Assembly: GCA_947630155.1 (NCBI GenBank)
Contig: CANRGM010000100.1
Span: 6,866 to 70,865, forward strand
Direction of reading: 5' to 3'
Source: an uncultured Clostridia bacterium
GTDB lineage: Bacteria; Bacillota; Clostridia; TANB77; CAG-508
Length of the DNA stretch: 64,000 nt
Part shown: positions 40,666-49,554 of the stretch, piece by piece
How positions within the stretch are numbered: position 1 is the first letter of the stretch
Layout: each line of letters begins with the position of its first letter
Made by a program: the position numbers and the translations under genes
Notes under the pieces: model-generated
Databases searched by the model: none
What the model was told of the DNA's origin: nothing
The model's input: the letters and a program-made list of their open reading frames with translations, nothing else

Positions 40666-40682
40666 AAAAATAAATATGTGAA

Positions 40683-40709
40683 AAGCACCAATTGAAGGTG
40701 CTTTTTTTG
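40683..40709 (+). terminator. Rho-independent terminator (AGCACC-AATTGAA-GGTGCT + T7)
   Basis: Stem plus T-run. Confidence 0.6.
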
Positions 40710-40726
40710 AGGGAGAAAAAAAGAAG

Positions 40727-43700
40727 ATGATTAAAAAGATTAATAAAATTATAATAATAGCAGTGGTAGTAATAATGTTATTACCAACACAATTAATTCA
40801 AGTTTTTGCAACAGATATTGGAGATAATCCGTATCTAAAAAGAGGAGAATTAGGAGATTATATAGTTCAAGCTTATAATGGAAGTTATTGGACTTATATA
40901 TCTTATAATATTGTAACATATGATGATGGTACAGATACACGAAAAGTTGCATACTGTGTAACACCTAATACTCCTGGTGTCGAATGGACAGATGGGAGTG
41001 TAGCAGGATATAATGTAGAAATTACAGGCTTAATATCAAATAATGCTTTATGGAGAGTTTTACGTTATGGTTATCCATATCAAACCCCAGCTCAGTTAGG
41101 TGTAGAAGGTGAACAAGATGCATATTTGGCTACAAAGTTGGCTGTTCAATGTATATTGTTAGATAGAAGTACAGAATCAATAAAAACATATTATCGTGGT
41201 GGTCAAGATCCAGTCGCAGGTTTAAAATTAGAAGATATTACTCGTAGAGGAAATAAAGTAGTTAATGCAGTTTATAATTTAGTAAAGAATGCTCGTAGCA
41301 GTAATGAAACACCTAATAACAATACATTAATAAAAGCTACAAAAGTTGGAGATATAAAAGATGAAGGAAATGATTATTTTTCACAAACTTTTTTAGTATC
41401 TTCTTTAACTAAAATGTTAAATTATAGAATAGGAAAATTAACAAATTTTCCAACAGGCTCATATACAGCAGATTTAAATGGAAACAAAAAATCAACATTT
41501 AATGATGGAGAAAATTTCAAAGTGATGATGCCAAAAGCTAATGTTACAGGAAAAATCAATGGAGAAATGACTATTGAAGGACATTGCGAAACATATAGTG
41601 TATTCTTTGGAAAAGGACCAGATGATTATCAGGATTATGCCGTTCTTGTAGACCCTTACAGAGATATAAGTAGATCAATATATACAAATATTGTACCTAA
41701 CACAGCAAGTTTAAAAATAGAGAAATTCGACAAGGATACAAAAGAAAAACTTTCAGGAGTAACATTTAACGTAAAATATGAAAATGGTCAAAACATTGGA
41801 GATTTCACAACTGATTCAAATGGTATTATAGAAATAAAAAACTTGATGGCAGGTACAATCATAGTAACTGAAACTAAAACACAAAGCAACTATAAATTAG
41901 CCACTGATGAGCATAAAGTAACATTAGATGTTGGTGAAAGTAAAACAATAAATATTGATAATGAAAAGAAAAAAGGACAGATAAAAGTTATTAAAGTTGA
42001 TGAGGATTTTAATGAAATTAAACTTGAAAATATTAAGTTTGATGTACTAGATTCAAAAGGTAATGTAGTAGATAAAATAACAACAGACAAAAATGGTGAA
42101 GCAGTAACTAAAGAATTACCTATAGATGATGTGTACACTGTGAAAGAAGTAGAAACACAAAAGACTTATATCTTGTCAGATAAAATGGAGACTATTAAAT
42201 TAGAAGAAAATGAAATTAAAGAGATTACTTTTACAAATGAAAAGAAAAAAGGAGATTTAACAGTATATAAAGTAGATAAAGATAATAATAGAATCGCTAT
42301 TGGAAATGTTGAGTTTGATTTATATTCTGAAGAATTTGGAAAAGTAATTGGTACATATAAAACAGATGTAAATGGAGAAATTAAAATTAGTAATTTGCGT
42401 ATTGGTAATTATCAATTAATCGAAAAAAATACAAATAAATGGTATAACTTATCAGAAGATAAAGAAATTGAAGTTGAATGGAAAGAAACCACAGAAATTA
42501 CTGTAGAAAATGAATTGAAAAAAGGTCAAGTTAAAGTAATAAAAGTAGATAAAGATAATAATGAAGTAAGACTTGCAGGGGTTAAATTTAATGTTCTAGA
42601 TGCAAATGGAAATGTTTTAGAAACAATTGAAACGGATTCTAATGGAGAAGCATTAACTTCAAAATATCCAGTAAGGGATTTTGAAAATCTAACATTGCAA
42701 GAAACTGAAACAGAAGAAAATTATAAATTAAATGATGAAAAACAAACAATTACTTTAGAAGAAAATCAAATAACAACAATTAAATTTGAAAATGAAAAGA
42801 AGAAAGGTCAAATTAAAGTAATAAAAATAGACCAAGATAATCACGAAGTAAGACTTGAAGGAGTAACTTTTGAAGTGCTTGATTCTAAAGATAACGTAAT
42901 ACAAGAAATTACAACAGATGAAAACGGAGAGGCTATAACAGAAAAATTACCAATAGATGAAGAATATAGAATTAGAGAAACTATAACAAAACAAGAATAT
43001 GTGTTATCTGATAAAGTAGAAAAAGTAACTTTAGAAGAAGACCAAATCACTGAAATCACTTTTGAAAATGAAAAGAAAAAAGGTCAAATAGAAGTATTCA
43101 AAATAGATAGTGAAGATAAGGAATACAAATTACAAGGAGTTGAATTTGAAGTTATAAATTCTAATAATGAAGTTGTAGAAAAAATCACAACAGATGAAAA
43201 TGGAGAGGCAACAACATCTAGACTTCCAATAGGAGAATACAAAATAAAAGAAGTAAAAACAGACGAAATGCACATTTTAAATGACGAGGTTATAAAAGTA
43301 GATGTTACACAAGATATAATTTCAAAATTAGAAATTACAAACGACAGAATAAAAGGTCAAATCAAAGTTGTAAAAACATCAAAAGATGAAAATATAATCA
43401 ATGGACTTCCTGCAGGAACACCGTTAGAAAATGTAAAATTCGAAGTATATGATGCTAATAAAAATTTAGTAGATACAATTACAACAAATGAAAATGGAAT
43501 TGCAATTACTAAAAAATTAGATAAAGGAACATATACATTAAAAGAGGTTGAAACTGCAGAATGGTATTTATTAAATACAGAAGAGTTTGAAACTGAAATA
43601 AAAGAAAATGACGAAATAGTAGAAGTTGATGTTACTAATGAATCAGAAACACCTGAAGTAGATATTGAAAAGACTGGTGTAGATAGAGCAATGGCAAACG

Positions 43701-44188
43701 AAGAAATTCGTTACGATTTCAAAATAAAAAATACAGGAAATGTAGCTTTAGATAACTTTACTTGGACAGAGTATTTACCAAGTGACTATGTAAGAATAAC
43801 AAAACTTGCTACAGGAACATATAATCAAGATTTAAAATATGCAGTATATTATAAAACTAATAAAAACGATTATAAATTATTAAAAGATGATTTAAATACA
43901 AAAGAAAATAATTATATTGATTTTACTGAATTAGAATTAGACGAAGACGAATATGTAACTGAATTCAAAGCTGAATTTGGTACAGTAGATGTTGGATTTG
44001 AATCAGTAGAAAATCCTTATATTTTTACAACTGTTAATAGTACAGTAAAGGATGGAGATATATTCATAAATAAAACAAAAATAAAAGCCGATAATAAAGG
44101 TGTTATTGTTTGGGATGAAGACGAACATCCAACAGTTGTATACGAGAAAAAAGAAGAAACTAAAAAGCTACCACGCACAGGTTTCTAA
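40727..44188 (+). CDS. Large surface adhesin: signal peptide, N-terminal about 300-aa domain, at least seven tandem ~92-aa Ig-like (SpaA/Cna-B-type) domains, C-terminal LPRTG
   Basis: Repeats (KKKGQIKVIKVD...NGEA.T..LP...Y...E) visible in translation; ends LPRTGF-stop with no hydrophobic/basic tail. Confidence 0.8.
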   Translation: MIKKINKIIIIAVVVIMLLPTQLIQVFATDIGDNPYLKRGELGDYIVQAYNGSYWTYISYNIVTYDDGTDTRKVAYCVTPNTPGVEWTDGSVAGYNVEITGLISNNALWRVLRYGYPYQTPAQLGVEGEQDAYLATKLAVQCILLDRSTESIKTYYRGGQDPVAGLKLEDITRRGNKVVNAVYNLVKNARSSNETPNNNTLIKATKVGDIKDEGNDYFSQTFLVSSLTKMLNYRIGKLTNFPTGSYTADLNGNKKSTFNDGENFKVMMPKANVTGKINGEMTIEGHCETYSVFFGKGPDDYQDYAVLVDPYRDISRSIYTNIVPNTASLKIEKFDKDTKEKLSGVTFNVKYENGQNIGDFTTDSNGIIEIKNLMAGTIIVTETKTQSNYKLATDEHKVTLDVGESKTINIDNEKKKGQIKVIKVDEDFNEIKLENIKFDVLDSKGNVVDKITTDKNGEAVTKELPIDDVYTVKEVETQKTYILSDKMETIKLEENEIKEITFTNEKKKGDLTVYKVDKDNNRIAIGNVEFDLYSEEFGKVIGTYKTDVNGEIKISNLRIGNYQLIEKNTNKWYNLSEDKEIEVEWKETTEITVENELKKGQVKVIKVDKDNNEVRLAGVKFNVLDANGNVLETIETDSNGEALTSKYPVRDFENLTLQETETEENYKLNDEKQTITLEENQITTIKFENEKKKGQIKVIKIDQDNHEVRLEGVTFEVLDSKDNVIQEITTDENGEAITEKLPIDEEYRIRETITKQEYVLSDKVEKVTLEEDQITEITFENEKKKGQIEVFKIDSEDKEYKLQGVEFEVINSNNEVVEKITTDENGEATTSRLPIGEYKIKEVKTDEMHILNDEVIKVDVTQDIISKLEITNDRIKGQIKVVKTSKDENIINGLPAGTPLENVKFEVYDANKNLVDTITTNENGIAITKKLDKGTYTLKEVETAEWYLLNTEEFETEIKENDEIVEVDVTNESETPEVDIEKTGVDRAMANEEIRYDFKIKNTGNVALDNFTWTEYLPSDYVRITKLATGTYNQDLKYAVYYKTNKNDYKLLKDDLNTKENNYIDFTELELDEDEYVTEFKAEFGTVDVGFESVENPYIFTTVNSTVKDGDIFINKTKIKADNKGVIVWDEDEHPTVVYEKKEETKKLPRTGF
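41700..43620 (+). repeat. Tandem ~276-bp coding repeats (Ig-like domain array) inside the adhesin gene
   Basis: Periodicity of the KKKGQ[IV]KV[IF]K[VI]D motif at about 92-aa intervals. Confidence 0.6.
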
Positions 44189-44207
44189 AAGAATATATTA
44201 TTAACGA

Positions 44208-44247
44208 AAAGCACTTGTAATTCATATATTACAGGTGCTTTTTTTCT
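44208..44247 (+). terminator. Rho-independent terminator (GCACTTGTAA...TTACAGGTGC + T7)
   Basis: 10-bp stem with one G-U pair, then T-run. Confidence 0.6.
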
Positions 44248-44392
44248 CTCAAATTAGAAAACAAAAAATAATTAAATATTTTTTTAGAAAAGACTTGATT
44301 AATCATAGATACAGAGTTAACATCACACACAACCTAGAGATAGGTTATGTGAACTAGTTCAAAAAATACTAGAAAGAATGGAGGCGAAAAGT

Positions 44393-45007
44393 ATGCAAAT
44401 GATTAATATTCAAGTAACTAAAGATGAGATGTTACAATTTTATGCTAATAAGATTGTTGAACAGGCAATACAAAATTGCAAGGATAATAATTGCACAATT
44501 TCTTTAAAGAATTACAGCAGTGATGTAGACATTTTAAACTATAAAATGCAGATGCTACAAGAATTATACAAAGATGAAAGAATACTAGATGTATTTTGGA
44601 ACAGCGAAGACAATATTGAAGTAGTACTGTTTAAAGAATATTGCCCATTTTATTGTCAATATGGTGAACAAATGCCAAAGAGTGAACAAGCTAGAATTTT
44701 ACTAGAATTTTATAAATACAGCAAGAAAACAGAAGTATTTAAACCACCTTATGTGTCAGTTAGAAAACTCTTAAATAAATATATGATGAGATATGCAAAC
44801 AAGAGAAAAGAAATACGATCAACAACATCTGATGTTATTAAGAGAAATATAGTAGACACAGGTTTTATAAATAAATATCTAGATAAAAACGGAGAGGCTT
44901 ATATCACAATAAAAAATTATCAAGAATTCTTAAACTTAATTGCAGATAAGATTGCAGAGTTAAATATGCAAAGTCAAGAATGCAAAGAAGAAGTAGAAGA
45001 AGATTAA
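44393..45007 (+). CDS. Hypothetical protein (about 204 aa)
   Basis: ORF 44378..45007; the Met at 44393 follows a GGAGG RBS; a terminator hairpin follows at 45011-45045. Confidence 0.45.
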   Translation: MQMINIQVTKDEMLQFYANKIVEQAIQNCKDNNCTISLKNYSSDVDILNYKMQMLQELYKDERILDVFWNSEDNIEVVLFKEYCPFYCQYGEQMPKSEQARILLEFYKYSKKTEVFKPPYVSVRKLLNKYMMRYANKRKEIRSTTSDVIKRNIVDTGFINKYLDKNGEAYITIKNYQEFLNLIADKIAELNMQSQECKEEVEED

Positions 45008-45010
45008 ATA

Positions 45011-45045
45011 TTTATAACACTTGTGGAGTATAGCCTACAGGTGTT
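45011..45045 (+). terminator. Rho-independent terminator (ACACTTGT...ACAGGTGT + T6)
   Basis: Stem plus T-run directly after the stop. Confidence 0.55.
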
Positions 45046-45544
45046 TTTTACGAGAGATGCCGTAAACTCGTATTGTGTATATGCACAAGAAAAAAGTGAT
45101 AGGTATAGTTAGCCGATGCAGGAAAATAACTCGCAGTAATTTCAAAACAGTTTATTGGAATTATATGTGTAGGTGAGATTTCGTGACGCATACTCACAAT
45201 AAAAAAAGAGTTCAGGAGGCAAAACTTGTTATAAGGGATATACAGATGTAAAAAGTTTGGGCAAGTATGAACAAGGTTATTAAATTAACAGCATCTGTAG
45301 TAGATTTTTAATCTACATACTAAACTGCAACAAACGAAACGACGGAATGAGGGGTTTCAAATGTTGATGTGTATTATTTTTATTTACACAATGGGAATAA
45401 TACACAACTTCACTCTACTTCCGAAATTTCAGGGTTTCAGTAGTGAAGAAATGTAAAAAAAGGTATGCGAAATAATAAAGGATAATGAGAAGTGATATGA
45501 TAATATGTAACTAAATAATTAAAAGCGAGGCTACAAACTTCGCT

Positions 45545-45784
45545 TTAATCATCTAGTTTATCAAAATCAAATAAATTTGAAGCATAGAAATCTTTTAAGG
45601 ATATTTTTAGTGACTTACAAATTTGATATATAACACTTGAACTAGGGTTATCAACTTTGCAATTTACTATATCTCTTAAAGTAGATGGAGGTATAGTTGA
45701 TGTTTCAGATAATTTATTAACTGTTATATTTCTTTCAGCACATAATTCTTCAATTCTCATACTTACAGCTTTTTTGAATAGCAT
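45545..45784 (-). CDS. XRE-family helix-turn-helix transcriptional regulator (79 aa)
   Basis: HTH_3-like core (LSETSTIPPSTLRDIVN); paralogous to ORFs 45991, 47523 and 48989. Confidence 0.65.
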   Translation of the reverse strand: MLFKKAVSMRIEELCAERNITVNKLSETSTIPPSTLRDIVNCKVDNPSSSVIYQICKSLKISLKDFYASNLFDFDKLDD

Positions 45785-45829
45785 AATAATTACCTACCTT
45801 TCATTGAGTATTTTAATAGATAAATCAAT

Positions 45830-45841
45830 AGAATATACACG
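45830..45841. promoter_or_regulatory. Perfect 12-bp palindrome ACGGATATCCGT upstream of the XRE gene 45545..45784
   Basis: Read directly; about 46 bp upstream of the minus-strand start. Confidence 0.4.
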
Positions 45842-45990
45842 GATATCCGTTGACTTAAAAAAGAGATGATGTTATAATATTTTTCAATCTAGCAAATAAA
45901 AAGAATATGAATTCAATCATATTCTTCAGTATATTTGACTAAAAAAAATCATAAATGTATAATTTAGTAAATTGTAAAATTAAATAATAA

Positions 45991-46269
45991 TTAATCAAAG
46001 ATGTTAGTTGCATTTTCAAATATTTGCTCATAAGTAATATCTAAAACTTTGCAAAAAGCGACAATTTCAAAGTCTTTAAGCAATAATTTTTCATTTTCAA
46101 TTAAAGAAATGTCAGAATGATATATATCTATGCCCAAAAGAGCTATTTTATCAGAAAGTTGCCTTTGAGTTAAATGACGCAATTCTCTATATTTTTTAAT
46201 GTTTTTTCCTATAGCATTTGATTTTCCATTTAATTTTCTTATACGCATATTTTGTGTTCCTTTCAACAT
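45991..46269 (-). CDS. XRE-family HTH transcriptional regulator (about 85-92 aa)
   Basis: LTQRQLSDKIALLGIDIYHSDISLIE HTH core. Confidence 0.65.
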   Translation of the reverse strand: MLKGTQNMRIRKLNGKSNAIGKNIKKYRELRHLTQRQLSDKIALLGIDIYHSDISLIENEKLLLKDFEIVAFCKVLDITYEQIFENATNIFD

Positions 46270-46364
46270 TAATTATTATTTTACTATTTTACAATATTTA
46301 TTTACTGAACTTGGTAGGAAGTTCAAAACAAGATAAAAAATAAAAACGGAGAGAAGAGGAAATA

Positions 46365-46655
46365 ATGAATGAAAAAACGGAAGATTTAATAATAAAAATC
46401 TGCAATGAGCAGAATTATGATGCAATATTACGACAGCTTATAAAATCAGATGAAGAAAACAGCATAGAAAAAATATTGAATGAAATAAATAACAATAAAG
46501 ATATTCCAAAAAAACAAAAACAAGGAATATATGAAGCTGTATTTGATTATATAAACAGGGCAAATGATAAGTTAATTAAGAATATAAAAGAAATCTTTAA
46601 AAAGGGAGTAGAAGAAGGTTTAAAAAATAATAAAATTCGAAATACTATATTGTAA
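46365..46655 (+). CDS. Hypothetical Lys-rich protein (96 aa)
   Basis: ORF, GGA-rich RBS. Confidence 0.45.
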   Translation: MNEKTEDLIIKICNEQNYDAILRQLIKSDEENSIEKILNEINNNKDIPKKQKQGIYEAVFDYINRANDKLIKNIKEIFKKGVEEGLKNNKIRNTIL

Positions 46656-46670
46656 AAAGGGGGAAAACGA

Positions 46671-47489
46671 TTGAAAACAGTAGTAATAATTGATAACAAT
46701 GAAGAACTCGTAAAGCAAGTGACAATGCTATTAAAAGAAACAATTGGAATAGAAGTAATAGGAACTGCAACAAATGGAGAGGAAGGTTTAATTTTAGTAC
46801 GAAGGACAAGACCAGATATAGTAATTACAGATATAAAAATGCCAGAAATGAATGGAACAGAGTTAATTAGACATATAGCTGGTGAAAAAATGAATTATTT
46901 ACCACACTTTATTGTGATGACAACTCAAGAAGCTAGTACAATAGCAGAGTTAAGAGAATTGCCAATTAGAAGAATATTTAACAAACCATTTGCAATCAAA
47001 GAACTTGTAAATGAGGTTGTGAAAATACAAGAAGATGAGAAAGTAAGAGTTATTATTGCAGATGATGATATAGAATTTTGTCAAAAGTTAAAATATGATT
47101 TAGATCAATATGAAGACATAGAAGTATTAGGAATTGCCAATAATGATGAAGAAGAAATATCACTAATAGAAAAATTAAAGCCTGATATTGTAATTACAGA
47201 TTTATTAAGAAATGGAAAAATAACGCCAGAACAAATTATTGAACAATTTAAAACGCAAAGTTTTTTAGTTGTATCATATTCTCCTTATGCGACTCCAGAA
47301 ACACGAGAAAATGTTGTATGGAGTGTGCATAAATATGAAATAGAAAACAATATTACAGAATTGGTATTTGAATTGAAAAAAGCAAAAGAGAATATGGTTA
47401 GGTTAAAACTTGAAGATACTATAAATATAAAAGAAAAACAGCAAGAAAAGGGAATATGGGAGAGAGTAAAAAAATTTTTTGCAAAATAA
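46671..47489 (+). CDS. Tandem receiver-domain protein: two Spo0A-like CheY-type REC domains, no output domain
   Basis: REC1 VVIIDNN...EVIGTATNGEEGL...PDIVITDIKMPEMNG resembles the Spo0A receiver but has DNN in place of the DD pair; REC2 VRVIIADDD...PDIVITDLL; 272 aa. Confidence 0.7.
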   Translation: MKTVVIIDNNEELVKQVTMLLKETIGIEVIGTATNGEEGLILVRRTRPDIVITDIKMPEMNGTELIRHIAGEKMNYLPHFIVMTTQEASTIAELRELPIRRIFNKPFAIKELVNEVVKIQEDEKVRVIIADDDIEFCQKLKYDLDQYEDIEVLGIANNDEEEISLIEKLKPDIVITDLLRNGKITPEQIIEQFKTQSFLVVSYSPYATPETRENVVWSVHKYEIENNITELVFELKKAKENMVRLKLEDTINIKEKQQEKGIWERVKKFFAK

Positions 47490-47522
47490 AAGAGCCAATA
47501 AATTTTAGCATCTATTGACTCA

Positions 47523-47780
47523 CTAATTTAATTCTTTTTCAGTACCTTCATATATTTTATCTAAAGAAATACCAAAGACTTTAGCTAAAGCAAGTGCTTC
47601 ATAATCTTTGTCAATTCTTTTGCCATATTCAATTAAGTATATGTCAGAATGGTATAGATTTAATCCATATAAATCAAGTTTATTACAAAGTTCTTGTTGA
47701 GAGAGTTTAGCTTTTAATCTATATTTCTTTACATTTTTACCAATTACATTCAATTTTGAATTAATTCTTTTAGTTCTCAA
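47523..47780 (-). CDS. XRE-family HTH transcriptional regulator (85 aa)
   Basis: LSQQELCNKLDLYGLNLYHSDIYLIE; paralog of ORF 45991. Confidence 0.65.
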   Translation of the reverse strand: MRTKRINSKLNVIGKNVKKYRLKAKLSQQELCNKLDLYGLNLYHSDIYLIEYGKRIDKDYEALALAKVFGISLDKIYEGTEKELN

Positions 47781-47833
47781 GATAAAAACATCCTTTCAAG
47801 TTATATTTCTCTAATTTTAATATAAAATATGCC

Positions 47834-47863
47834 AAGACTTGCACGAATATCGTGCAAGTCTTG
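47834..47863. promoter_or_regulatory. 13-bp perfect inverted repeat CAAGACTTGCACG-AATAT-CGTGCAAGTCTTG upstream of the XRE gene 47523..47780
   Basis: Read directly. Confidence 0.45.
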
Positions 47864-48151
47864 TATTATAAAGAATTAAATAAAAAATGTCAAAAAAACA
47901 GCTTGATTTTATTAATTTTTAGTGCTATATATAGGTTATTATAATATGAATTCATATATTATAATTATTTTTTGTTGAATGTAGGTACAATTCTTTTTGT
48001 ATCTGCATTTTTTATAGGTATGAAAAGCTTTAAACTTGAAAAAGTAGACATAATCTGCTATAATTATGGCATAAGTAGGAAATTCTTACGGAACACCTAT
48101 TAAAATATGTATATTGAAATCTTATATATATATATATGCGAGGAGGATAAC

Positions 48152-48607
48152 ATGAATAATAAGTTTGAGGCGATGATAATTACAGGAAGACTGGAAATTC
48201 AGCTACAGGAACAAAAAAAGGCACTAGAGGAAATAAGAAATCTGCAAATGTGTATTGCAAATGATAATTTCAAAGATTCTGCAATTATATTGGGGAGGCT
48301 TTTTGAACTGGCTAGTGAAGTCAATCAAAATGCAATTGAAAATATTAATATTCTCTCTGAATTTTGTATGAAGGAAGAGGAAATGTTAAATGAGAGTAAC
48401 CCAGCTTTCAATATAAAAATTAAAGATATGGGCTTTTCATCTCGTGTATTCAACTGTTTAGATCGTGCTGATATAAAAACAGTAGCTTCAATTGTAGCAC
48501 TGGCTAAAGAAGGAAGATTAGAATATGTTCGCAATTTAGGTGTTAGGGCTTATTCAGAAATAGCGGAAAAACTTAAAGAATATGGAATTAAACTTGAAGA
48601 GTACTAA
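48152..48607 (+). CDS. Protein with an RNA polymerase alpha-subunit C-terminal-domain-like (alpha-CTD) fold, N-terminal coiled-coil region
   Basis: C-terminal 60 aa (MGFSSRVFNCLDRADIKTVASI...VRNLGVRAYSEIAEKLKEYGI) aligns by eye to the RpoA alpha-CTD HhH ([21 protein letters not shown]...RNLGRKSLEEVKAKLEELGL). The Met at 48152 follows a GAGGAGGA RBS. Confidence 0.6.
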   Translation: MNNKFEAMIITGRLEIQLQEQKKALEEIRNLQMCIANDNFKDSAIILGRLFELASEVNQNAIENINILSEFCMKEEEMLNESNPAFNIKIKDMGFSSRVFNCLDRADIKTVASIVALAKEGRLEYVRNLGVRAYSEIAEKLKEYGIKLEEY

Positions 48608-48668
48608 TTAAATCTCTTGTTATATACTGAGGTTTCAAAGGGGTATTCAATTTTAGGATGGTGTAATA

Positions 48669-48968
48669 ATGAATTTTATAGATAATATGACCAATGAGAA
48701 ATTATTTGATTTTGTGGAAAAATACATAGTAGATAAAATAACCCAAAATTCAAAAATAGTAAGGTATTCTTATTATGAGTTAAAGGTAAAATTAGATCTT
48801 AATGAAAAAGTGTTAGATAAATTTCTTAAATATAGTAAAATAATTTTAGATGGATTAGGTTATCAAGTATTTTTCACAGGTGCAAGGTTTAAATTTGAAA
48901 ATGCAGACCGAGTGGTTGAAAGTAATGAGTTTATGATTGCGATAAAACAAGAAATAGAAGATTGTTAA
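48669..48968 (+). CDS. Hypothetical protein (99 aa)
   Basis: ORF. Confidence 0.4.
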   Translation: MNFIDNMTNEKLFDFVEKYIVDKITQNSKIVRYSYYELKVKLDLNEKVLDKFLKYSKIILDGLGYQVFFTGARFKFENADRVVESNEFMIAIKQEIEDC

Positions 48969-48988
48969 GTAAATAAGAAAAAAATTTA

Positions 48989-49228
48989 TTAATCATTTAT
49001 ATCAACATCATTAAACAACTCATCATCAAAAAAATCCTTTAATGAAATATTTAAACTTTGGCAAATTAAAGTTATAGATTCTATTTTAATAGTTTTATTT
49101 TTGCCACGTAAGAATCTATTAATATTAGAACGATTCATACCAGAATATAAAGCTAATTTGTTTCCATTTAAATTGTTTTGCTGTATTAAATTATTAATTC
49201 TTATTCTCATAGCATCAGATAAATACAT
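48989..49228 (-). CDS. XRE-family HTH transcriptional regulator (79 aa)
   Basis: LALYSGMNRSNINRFLRG; paralog of ORF 45545 (shared C-terminal SLKISLKDFY / SLNISLKDFF). Confidence 0.65.
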   Translation of the reverse strand: MYLSDAMRIRINNLIQQNNLNGNKLALYSGMNRSNINRFLRGKNKTIKIESITLICQSLNISLKDFFDDELFNDVDIND

Positions 49229-49470
49229 AATTATAAAACTCCAATCTCATAAAATTATCTTTAATATAGCAAAGGAATAAAAATTAAAAGGGGCTTACAC
49301 GCAACAAAACCTTTATAAAGTATTGCAATTTAAAATTTTTAATGTTAGAATAAAAATATACGAAGAAAATCGAAAAAAGGAACGAAAGAAAAGTGGGAAA
49401 TATGGAGTGTGTATTAATTAATAGTAAAGTTAATGAAATAGTTAAAAAGATAAAATTATTGATATAAATT

Positions 49471-49512
49471 ACAAAGGCATAGGTATAAGTGTTTTTATAC
49501 CTATGCCTTTGT
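49471..49512. promoter_or_regulatory. 18-bp perfect hairpin ACAAAGGCATAGGTATAA-GTGTTT-TTATACCTATGCCTTTGT about 40 bp upstream of ORF 49555
   Basis: Read directly. Confidence 0.5.
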
Positions 49513-49554
49513 GTGATTATTGTAGAATTATACAAATAAAGAAGGAGGAGGAAA

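Noticed and set aside
40727-41700. Calling the adhesin N-terminal domain a thioester (TQXA) domain
   Set aside because: A Cys-containing motif (AYCVTPN) is present but no convincing [IV]Q.A[IV]W Gln motif could be found by eye, so it is left as a low-confidence remark.
45050-45520. Group II intron or riboswitch in the ORF-free region
   Set aside because: No domain V consensus (GAGC...GUUC hairpin with AGC bulge) and no recognisable riboswitch core motifs were seen.
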